The notes under the pieces: model-generated | Databases searched by the model: none | Told to the model about the DNA's origin: nothing | The model's input: the letters and a program-made list of their open reading frames with translations, nothing else | Made by a program: the position numbers and the translations under genes | NCBI GenBank assembly: GCA_004431415.1 | Contig: QPMI01000097.1 | Span: 62,001 to 126,000, forward strand | Reading direction: 5' to 3' | From: Cyanophora paradoxa CCMP329 | Taxonomy: Eukaryota > Plantae > Glaucophyta | Length of the DNA stretch: 64,000 bases | Shown: piece after piece, positions 37,101-46,814 of the stretch | How positions within the stretch are numbered: the stretch's first letter is position 1 | Layout of the letters: each line of letters opens with the position of its first letter

Positions 37101-39797
37101 GTGCCGCCTGCCGCACATGCCGGACCCCGGCGTCAGCAGCGCTCCATCTCTCGGACGCGTGCGCCGCGGCTCCGGCCGCCCACCTTCAGCTCATCCGCCA
37201 GGCCCCTCACGCGCTGCGCCGCGGCCGCCTTGAGCTTCTCCATCACGGCGGCGTGCTCGGCCGCCGCCTCCGACGCCGCCGCCCGCGCCGCCGCCAGCTC
37301 GCCCTCAGGCTCTCCGCCTCCGCCTGCGCCGCCCGCAGCTCCTCTCCGGCCTCTTCTGCCGCCGCGTTCCGCTCGTTCAGCTCCCAGTTGGCCGCCTGCG
37401 CGGCCCCTCCCGCGTCAGTTGCTCCGCCTCCGAGCCCGGCCCGCCCCGCGCGCCTCTGCCGCCTTCGCGCGCGCCTCCGCCGCCTCCGCCCGCGCCTCTG
37501 CCGCCGCATGAGCCTCGCGCGCCGCGCTCGCGGCCTCCTCCGCCTCCCGCCGGGCCGCTTCCAGCCCCCGCCGGGCCTCTTCCGCCTCCCGCCGAGCCTC
37601 TTCAAGCGCTGCCCCGTCGGCCGCCCCGCCCGCGCCTCCTCCAGCGCGCTCTGTGCCGCCTGCCGCACATGCCGGACCCCGGCGTCAGCAGCGCTCCATC
37701 TCTCGGGACGCGTGCGCCGCGGCTCCGGCCGCCCACCTTCAGCTCATCCGCCAGGCCCCTCACGCGCTGCGCCGCGGCCGCCTTGAGCTTCTCCATCACG
37801 GCGGCGTGCTCGGCCGCCGCCTCCGACGCCGCCGCCCGCGCCGCCGCCAGCTCGCCCCTCAGGCTCTCCGCCTCCGCCTGCGCCGCCCGCAGCTCCTCTC
37901 CGGCCTCTTCTGCCGCCGCGTTCCGCTCGTTCAGCTCCCAGTTGGCCGCCTGCGCGGCCCCTCCCGCGTCAGTTGCTCCGCCTCCGAGCCCGGCCCCGCC
38001 CCGCGCGCCTCTGCCGCCTTCGCGCGCGCCTCCGCCGCCTCCGCCCGCGCCTCTGCCGCCGCATGAGCCTCGCGCGCCGCGCTCGCGGCCTCCTCCGCCT
38101 CCCGCCGGGCCGCTTCCAGCCCCGCCGGGCCTCTTCCGCCTCCCGCCGAGCCTCTTCAAGCGCTGCCCCGTCGGCCGCCCCCGCCCGCGCCTCCTCCAGC
38201 GCGCTCTGTGCCGCCTGCCGCACATGCCGGACCCCGGCGTCAGCAGCGCTCCATCTCTCGGGACGCGTGCGCCGCGGCTCCGGCCGCCCACCTTCAGCTC
38301 ATCCGCCAGGCCCCTCACGCGCTGCGCCGCGGCCGCCTTGAGCTTCTCCATCACGGCGGCGTGCTCGGCCGCCGCCTCCGACGCCGCCGCCCGCGCCGCC
38401 GCCAGCTCGCCCCTCAGGCTCTCCGCCTCCGCCTGCGCCGCCCGCAGCTCCTCTCCGGCCTCTTCTGCCGCCGCGTTCCGCTCGTTCAGCTCCCAGTTGG
38501 CCGCCTGCGCGGCCCCTCCCGCGTCAGTTGCTCCGCCTCCGAGCCCGGCCCCGCCCCGCGCGCCTCTGCCGCCTTCGCGCGCGCCTCCGCCGCCTCCGCC
38601 CGCGCCTCTGCCGCCGCATGAGCCTCGCGCGCCGCGCTCGCGGCCTCCTCCGCCTCCCGCCGGGCCGCTTCCAGCCCCCGCCGGGCCTCTTCCGCCTCCC
38701 GCCGAGCCTCTTCAAGCGCTGCCCCGTCGGCCGCCCCGCCCGCGCCTCCTCCAGCGCGCTCTGTGCCGCCTGCCGCACATGCCGGACCCCGGCGTCAGCA
38801 GCGCTCCATCTCTCGGGACGCGTGCGCCGCGGCTCCGGCCGCCCACCTTCAGCTCATCCGCCAGGCCCCTCACGCGCTGCGCCGCGGCCGCCTTGAGCTT
38901 CTCCATCACGGCGGCGTGCTCGGCCGCCGCCTCCGACGCCGCCGCCCGCGCCGCCGCCAGCTCGCCCCTCAGGCTCTCCGTCATTGCGTTCATCGCTCCT
39001 AGCTCCTGATGCAGCGTTGTCGAAAATGCGGCGATGGAATTTATGGGGCAAGACAACTTAAAGAAGTGTCAGCTGTCGTCAGACCCTCGTGGTTTCTCGC
39101 CATTGCGGCCAAGCCAGGCGAGGCCGTAGGACTAGAGTTGGGCATCATCATTCAGTGGCCCCCTTCTTAATATCAAGTGCGCGTTAGAACATAGCACCTG
39201 CTCGCCGGCCTTCAGACGTTCCTCCACCTGCAAGTTTTCACTCATCAGAGAAACGCGCTGAGGAGCTGTGCAGGCGGGCGCGAACACGGAGAACGAGGTG
39301 ACCGAGGTTTTGCAACGAATCGTCCGCGGGAACGGAATGCGGTTTCTTGAAAGATATCTCCAGCATTTGGACGAGGCGCGCTTCCGCGGACGATGCGCCA
39401 GCACGGAGGGCGATCAGCTCCGCCTCCAGCTCACGAACGCGCGTCGACTCCCCAACCTTCAGAAACAGCGCAAAATGACAACCGCGTCGACTCCCCAACC
39501 TTCAGAAATTCGACTGCGGGACAGACCTCTTTCAGGTCGGAGAGCTGCTGCTGAGCGTCGCGCAGCTTATTCTGCAGACCGGCGATCTCTTCTGCCATCG
39601 TCCGAACCTGCAACCAGTTACTTAAAGCGCTACGTCTCTTCCGCCGGCCTCACCTTCGCCGCAGCTACCAGCTTCAAGCGCTCAATTGATTGTGCGTGGT
39701 CGTGAAGAAGCTGTTCCTTCTCCCGCTTGAGCACCGCAAGCTGCTGTGTCAATTCTCTCATGTCTCCGATGAGCGCCCCGCATTCTGTAGCAGCCAT
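31140..39797 (-). CDS. GRIP-domain golgin (long coiled coil)
   Basis: Spliced C-terminus VDLTYLKNIVLK-YVETRHDSLLPVLSTLLQFSQS-ELQK...GWL*; E/A/R-rich heptads throughout. Confidence 0.85.
33160..38980 (-). repeat. About 11 tandem 514-556-bp exon/intron units within the golgin gene
   Basis: Anchor CATGCCGGACCCCGG near 33311, 33825, 34339, 34895, 35450, 36006, 36562, 37116, 37668, 38223 and 38778. Confidence 0.95.
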
Positions 39798-39927
39798 CGT
39801 AAAGGAGCGGCAGCCGCCAGGCTGCCGCCGCGGTCAAGGGGTACGCGGAAGGCAAGGTGCGCACGAAGGGCTGACTGTACCCCAGTGCGCGAGCTGAGCT
39901 TCGCCGTTCGTGCAGTCCGACGCAGCA

Positions 39928-42255
39928 ATGGCGTCTCAGCTTGTTCACCAATACACCGTCAGCAGCGACGGCACCAGGATAGATGGGGACTACATCGTCA
40001 GCGAGCACGAGTATCACAACACCGAGGTGTCGGTCGCCGCCGGCATTGCGACAGTGCGCCCCGTCCGCAAGCGCTACCTGTTCCGCACCAAGCGGAAGAC
40101 CCCAAAGATCGGGTGCGCGCGCCTTCGCGCACTCGCCGCCGCGTTTGCCGGGCTGGCCGAGACGCACTCTCGCGCCCTGCGCTCTCTCCCTCCCTCGACG
40201 TCTGAAGCGGTGAATGGCGCAGGCTCATGATCGTTGGGTTGGGCGGAAACAACGGAACCACAGTAACTGCTGGTGTCATCGCGAACAGAGAGTGAGCGCG
40301 CGCTCAGCGCGCTTGAACGGTGTCGGCACGCCCACGCTCTCTCCAAAACAGGAAGATTTCGTGGGACACGAAGCGCGGCCCGATGCAGGCAAACTTCTAC
40401 GGCTCCCTCACGCAAGCGACGACAATCCGGCTGGGCGCGGACGCTTCCGGCCAGGATGTTTACATTCCTTTCAGCTGCATTCTTCCAATGGTGCCCGCGC
40501 ATCAGTTCACAGCCACTTCCGCCGCGCGACCTCTGATGTGCTTGCCGCTCAGGTTCATCCCAACGACCTCGTCATCAGCGGGTGGGACATCAGCGGCATG
40601 AATATGGCGGACGCGATGCACCGAGCAGCCGTGCTCGACTACGACCTGCAGCGGCAGCTTGATCCGCTGATGCGCCCAATGAAGCCGCTTCCGTCGATCT
40701 ACATCCCGGACTTTATCGCAGCCAACCAGTCGGATCGTGCAGACAACGTTCTCACGGGCCCGATCTATGCGCAAATGGAGCAGATTCGGCAGCACATTCG
40801 GTTCGCGTTCCTTTTGCGTACTTTTTTACGGTTTTTGGCCCGGCCGCAGTTGATTGCATACTCAGAGAGTTCAAGCAGAAGAATCAGCTGGACACGGTTG
40901 TGGTCTTGTGGTCGGCAACGACTGAGCGTTTCTCGGAGATCACCGCGGGGGTCCACGACACAGGCGACAATCTCCTGGCGGCTTTGAAAGCGGGCCACCC
41001 GGAGGTCATACCCACGCGCCATCGCCATTGCCTGGGTCTTATAGCGCGCAGATCTCCCCCTCGACTGTCTTCGCAATTGCGTCGATTCTCGAGGGTTCGC
41101 CTTACATCAATGGAAGCCCCCAGAACGCAATCGTTCCTGGTTCGTGCATTTCTCTGTTATCCTCGCGGTTTTGTTCACTCGTTCCTCGTTAAGGTGTGGT
41201 GGACCTGGCTATTCGGCACGCTGTCCCAGTCGGGGGCGACGATTTCAAGAGTGGCCAGACGAAGTTCAAGTCAGTGTTGACAGATTTCTTGGTGCAGGCT
41301 GGCTTGAAGGTGCGTCTCAGCAGCACGGCCCGGTCGCTTGCGCAAATCATCGAGTCTTGCAGCCCATGTCGATAGCAAGCTACAATCACTTGGGCAACAA
41401 CGACGGGAAGAATCTGTCGGCTCCTCAGCAAGTGTGTCATTTCTTTTCCATCGCGCAAGTCCACGCTTATCTGTTCTTCAGTTCCGCTCCAAAGAGATTA
41501 CGAAGTCCACTGTCGTCGATGATATTGTGGGATCCAATGCCATTCTGTACAAGTGCGTTCCAGTTGGCTTTTTATGCCAGACCTGCTTTCTGAAACTTTT
41601 TTCTCTTTTAGACCAAACGAGCACCCTGATCACACCATTGTGATCAAGTACATGCCCTATGTTGGTGACTCCAAGCGCGCATTGGACGAGTACATCTCGG
41701 AGATCTTCATGGGTGGCCAGAATACCATTGTCGTGCGCCTTGTTCACTCTGTTGTTTCGTTCGTCGTCGCCGAAATTTGCTTTTATCGCTTAGGTGCACA
41801 ACACATGCGAAGACTCCCTCCTTGCGGCACCACTCATCCTGGATCTTGCAATCCTTGCTGAGCTCACCACGCGAATTGAGTTTAAGACAGGTATGATTGT
41901 GCGACTGAGTAGTTCAAGCTCTCCGCCTCTGACTGCGATTTCACAGATGACATGGCGGACTTCGCTCATTTCCATCCAGTGATGAGCGTGCTGAGCTATA
42001 TGCTCAAGAGTCCCGTTGTCCCCCCACAGACGCCGGTGGTGAACGCCCTTTTCAAGCAGCGATCCTGTCTGGAGAACATTCTTCGTGTGTGTGCTGGGCT
42101 CCCTGTTGAGCACAATATGCTGCTGGTGAGCTCTGTCTAAGTTATGCGCACACATGGCAGTACACTAAACGTGTGCACAGGAGCACAAGTGCTTTGAGAA
42201 CCTTCCTGCGACTGCGGCGAAGACCAGCAAAGTAGTCGCGAACGGGTTCCACTAG
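39928..42255 (+). CDS. INO1: myo-inositol-1-phosphate synthase, 12 GT-AG introns
   Basis: Fully spliceable: [66 protein letters not shown]. Confidence 0.97.
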
Positions 42256-42337
42256 CGTGCTTCTTTCTTCTTCGCTCTCCTTAATTCTGTGTAATTTCAC
42301 TTGCTGAATTTGACCGGTGATGAAATTGACGTCAACC

Positions 42338-42672
42338 GATTACGATCTGCGATTACGATTACGATTAGGACGTCCCTGCGATTACGATCGTAATTAGGAC
42401 GTCCTAGCTTTGATCTGCGATTACGATTAGCTAGGGCGTCCTTGATCTGCGATTACGATTACGATTAGGACGTCCTAGCTTTGATCTGCGATTACGATCG
42501 TAATTAGGACGTCCTAGCTTTGATCTGCGATTACGATTAGCTAGGGCGTCCTTGATCTGCGATTACGGAACTAGAAAGTTGGACGAAAGTTGCATATGCA
42601 ATTGGAAGAAAGTTGGAAGAAAGTTGGACGCAATTGGAACGAAATTTGAAGTTGGACGAAAGTTGGACGAAA
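42338..42672. repeat. Palindrome-built satellite followed by AAGTTGGACG repeats
   Basis: Units of GATCTGCGATTACGAT(C/T)..ATTAGGACGTCCTAGCTTT. Confidence 0.9.
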
Positions 42673-43044
42673 GCAGTTGCGTACCCCTGCACGCTAACAA
42701 CAGACCAGCGCTACAGCTAGCCGCGCCGACCAGCCACATACGCCTGAGGTCGAGGTAGTTTACACTACCATACGCGTTGCTGTTGCTGTACAGCACACTG
42801 ACGCGCGCATCAGACTACGGACGCGACGATGAACACTCCCTCGGTGCGGCCGTGCGGCATGCGCGCGTACGCTACGGTCACCGAGCGCGTTTGCATTCCG
42901 TGTACCGCCTCCTCGCTTGCTGGCACTCTTTTGCTAGCCCCCCGCGGTTCTCACCACCCACTTTTTGCTAGCACTCGTTCTCTGGCACCCTCAAGCGCGG
43001 CTCGCTATCGCTCTACCGTTTGCGTTTTGCCATCCCTTTTGTTG

Positions 43045-43242
43045 ATGAAAACGCGCGGGGGCGACCAGAATGGCGTTCGCCGCGGGCTGCCGAACCCGCC
43101 CGGGGCGAACATGTGCTACATCAACGCGCCCGTGCAGTGCATCGCGAGCCTCCCGCAGTTCGCCGAAGCTGTCCTCGCACTGGACCCCGCCCAAGGCCCC
43201 GCTGGCGAGATCCACCGCGAGCTCAAGCGACTGATCCCTCAG
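43045..43242 (+). pseudogene. Isolated ubiquitin-specific protease (USP/C19) Cys-box exon
   Basis: RGLPNPPGANMCYINAPVQCI..LP.F then a GTGCGC donor; no His box; repeat copy E follows. Confidence 0.65.
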
Positions 43243-43289
43243 GTGCGCGCCGCCCGGCCAAGCCCCCCGCGCGCGCCCCATTCGTCACA

Positions 43290-43533
43290 AGACGCGAGAC
43301 GACCCCCGCCGCCACAAGACGCGATGCAGCACCACGCCGCGCGTGCGGGCACATGTAGCTCTAGCTAGCCAGGGTGTCCGCGGGGAGGCGCATTACTCTC
43401 CTTAGGGGGCCACGCAGGGCCCGGCCCGCGGCCGGCCAGCTCGCTGGTGGGCTGGGCCCGCGGCCGCGGCGGCCGCAGTGTACATCCCACACTTGTAGCC
43501 CGGACCTGCGTTTTAGTACGTGTCCAAATGTGA
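43290..43533 (-). repeat. GCATTT-terminus element end (subtype 1, copy E)
   Basis: Reverse complement of the consensus. Confidence 0.85.
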
Positions 43534-43876
43534 ATTTGACGTGCTAACTGTTCTGACTAGCTAGGGTCCACGGTCAGCGACCGCAAGGCCGGGCAACGCC
43601 ACGCCGTGATTCACGATCTCGCCCGGGCTCATTTGCTCCTGTCCCGCCAGAGTCCTAAGGGAAAAGAATGCTACTTGATTTCAGAGGCAACTGGCAACCC
43701 GTACGCGTGTTTTGAAAACACTCGAAGCCAGTGTCCGCGGGAGGCGCATCACTCCCCCTAGAGGGCAACGCAGGGCCGGGCCAGCTTGCTGGTGGTCTGG
43801 GCCTGCAGTGTCGGTGCCACAGTGTGTCCCACACTTGTAGCCCGGACCTGCGTTTTGAGTACGTGTCCTACTGCGA
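43531..43876. mobile_element. Inward-facing pair: subtype 3 end (+) and diverged subtype 1 copy F (-)
   Basis: 43531-43685 carries CCTAAGGGAAAAGAATGC; 43727-43876 reads TCGCAGTAGGACACGTACTCAAAACGCAGG on minus. Confidence 0.6.
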
Positions 43877-43999
43877 CAGTGATACCGTAAGGTAATCGCC
43901 TCGAACGAATTCGGGGGCCTCCGGCGCACCGCGTCACGTTGCTTGCACCCACGGCTGAAGAATGGAAACGCTGACCGTAATACCGTAGCTGTGATGCTG

Positions 44000-44775
44000 T
44001 CAAACAAAGGTTGTTAAAGCACGGAGCTCAAACGAACCCTGGATAAGGGGTGAAGTCTAGATCGTCACTCTCTGAAGCTGCACAGACCTCGACAAACGCG
44101 GTCAGCTGCTGGGAATCCACGTCCGTGACCTCTCCTGAGCATCAAAATCAGTAGCTGTGTCAATCAAAAATCCTATCCTGATCCTATCCTGGGCCTCCTT
44201 AGTGTGTACATGTCGAAACTAGTAAAAATCCTGCTGCACCTGCTTTCCAGCCGTCTCCGGGGAACATCACCTTCACGCCTCGCTTCACGGTGAACCCATC
44301 ATCCGTTTCGATGCTGTCCTGGAGACGCACTTCAGGTAGATCATCGAATAGTCGATCGGTGCTCTTCTCGGCCAGCTTCTTCTTTTCGGCAGATTTCTTC
44401 ACTTGATCTTTTTGGGGGTTTCGCGAGATCAGACGTTTGATTTGGCTCGCCTTCCGCCACGTATCATGCTTCTTGCTCCATCCGATATAGTGAACGAAAT
44501 ACTGCGGATAACTTAGTAAGGTTAACGTTCGTGATTGAATAGCGCACTTCGAAAACCGCCGTGCCGTTCTCAGCAGGCAACTCCCGTGTTTTGATAACCT
44601 TCGCTTTGTAAACTCCTCCGCTCTTGTCTTCCGCCTCGACTTCGTCGCCTATCTCGTATGCAATCGGCGCTTGATCGCTGGCCGTGGCCAGCGCCGACCG
44701 TTTGCTTTGCCGCCTGCTACTGCTGTCCGCGTCTTCTGATGTTGCTGGAGCGGAGCGCTTCGCTCTTCGGCTCAT
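44000..44775 (-). CDS. Tudor-knot/chromo-barrel domain protein (3' end uncertain)
   Basis: YEIGDEVEA...YKAKVIK...-YFVHYIGWSKKHDTW. Confidence 0.7.
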
Positions 44776-46369
44776 CGACGTGCCGCTCGACAGGCCTGAG
44801 CGCGAACAAGTCGATCCGTCGACTACTGAGCGGAAACGCGTCAATGTTACGTCGCGCCAGCGGCCCAGCGCTAGCCGCCCTAGCGATGCGGGTGCCTGCC
44901 GAATGTGAAAAGCTCGGCGTGCGCGGACCTGGGAAGCGAACGTGACAACCTAGCGCTAGACTTTGGGGCTAGCTGCAGCTGGCGCTGATCGATCTAAATC
45001 GGCGGAGCACCCAATTCGAAGCACATTTGAACTGTGTACCCCATTTGAACTGTGAATTCGAAGCACATTCGAATTCCTTTAATCGGACTCTACGTAAGCC
45101 AATATGCATCTGATTGGACGGGAAGTTTGGACGTCTTTCGAATTCCCGGTAACGTTTAACGGCGAGGGCCGTACCAGTTCACAGATGCCAGCTCCGAGGA
45201 GCTCGCGAAAGTTGGACTAACGCCGCACTAGGCCTCCTCTGTACTTCGAGAAACATGCAGGCTGCAGACAGAACGTCTACAAGCTAGACGGATCTCAACT
45301 TTGGGGCTCCAGTTCGTGGGATTGGACCACGAGGGGCGCCCAGCCCGCCATCCGATGATCCACCGCCGGAGCGGCTTCGGTCGGCCCGCGGGGGGCCGGG
45401 GAGCCTGCGCACAGCGGCGGCGCGCGCGCGCGCGAGGTCAGGTCACGCGCACGGGCAGGATTTGATCTCGAGATCGAGACAAGCTCCGCACCCGAGATCA
45501 TCGGATGGCGCCACGGGATGTGGCGCGCTGAAGTCAAAGCGCTGCTGAGCGCGGCCCGAGCTGCGAGGCGCGCGCGCGCGACGAGCTCGAGGTCAGGAAT
45601 ATTACGGCGCGCGCGGGGGAGAGGCTCGAGCTCACGCTGCTACGGGAGCGCCAGGGTTGCCGCGGCGCTGCTTCGAATTCGACAGGCTCATGCACGGAAG
45701 CGAAGCTGGAGGAGGCCTGCGCGGCGTGCGCGCGCGTGCGAAAGGTCAGCGAATTTATATTCTAAGGATATCGGTAGGTCAGCGGTACCGCATTATGAGG
45801 TGCAGCATGCGCACGGACCTTCGCCCCGGCCGCGCGTTGCCGCGCGACCACGCCTGGTGGCAATTTACCGATCAGGTCCGGTGGCAATTCCGAGTTCAAT
45901 GACCGCAGAACCAGTCTTGGGCCCTTTTATACAAGCTATATTATATATATATATATCCCCAGATCTAGAGGGGATCTCGTCCTTGAGCTCGATCTCGTCT
46001 CAGAAGAGCCTAGTTTACGGTGCTGCTAGGCTTAGCCATGCGTGCTGTGCAGTTCTAGCAGGCTGGCAGCGAGAGCGAGCAGAGCTGGTATTCCAGGAGC
46101 AAGCACAAGTACAGGGTACAAGTGTGTCACCCGGGGTGTGAGCCCGGGAGGGGTACATGAAAAGTAGTGGGGGTCCAATCGGCGCACTCGATACGAGCGC
46201 TGCGGAGACTAAGGCCAAGCACTGCCAGTAGCGAGACTCGGGGCGCCGGCTCCTGACGGCATAAAGCCGTGAGGCAATACGTCCTATAGATATATATATA
46301 TCCAGGTCCTATAGCTCGATCTCGTCCTATAGCTATAGCTCCTCTGGGCGGGAGGCTCGTCGATCGAGT

Positions 46370-46749
46370 GCGCCCCCGTTGCTTTGATTTGGATCTCCAG
46401 GCCTTTCGATCTCGATCTGACCCCTTTTGGCGCCCCCCGGCGTCCACCGCAGGCTGACTCCATGTCGGGCCCCCCCCAGGGCCTGTAGGGGCTCCCGCCA
46501 CCGCCCCGACTCGGCGAGGCGACCCCCCGCCGCCACAAGACGCGATGCAGCACAACGCCGTGCGGGCACATGTAGCTCTAGCTAGCCAGGGTGTCCGCGG
46601 GGAGGCGCATTACTCTCCTTAGGGGGCCACGCAGGGCCCTGCTGGCCGGCCAGCTCGCGATGGTGGGCTGGGCCCGCGGCCGCGGCGGCCGCAGTGTACA
46701 TCCCACACTTGTAGCCCGGACCTGCGTTTTAGTACGTGTCCAAATGCGA
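46370..46749 (-). repeat. GCATTT-terminus element end (subtype 1, copy G, longest uninterrupted)
   Basis: Colinear with copy A. Confidence 0.85.
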
Positions 46750-46814
46750 AGGGTCATGGCCATGCACAGCGCTTGTCTTCGATTGAGATAAAGATGCCAC
46801 TATAGCTATTATAG

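Noticed and set aside
33098-39009. Plus-strand 300-590-aa ORFs
   Set aside because: Antisense shadows of the golgin repeat
30264-43533. Copies D and E as TIRs of one 13-kb element carrying the golgin and INO1 genes
   Set aside because: No TSD; each end has a nearer partner or neighbour; the enclosed genes look like ordinary resident genes
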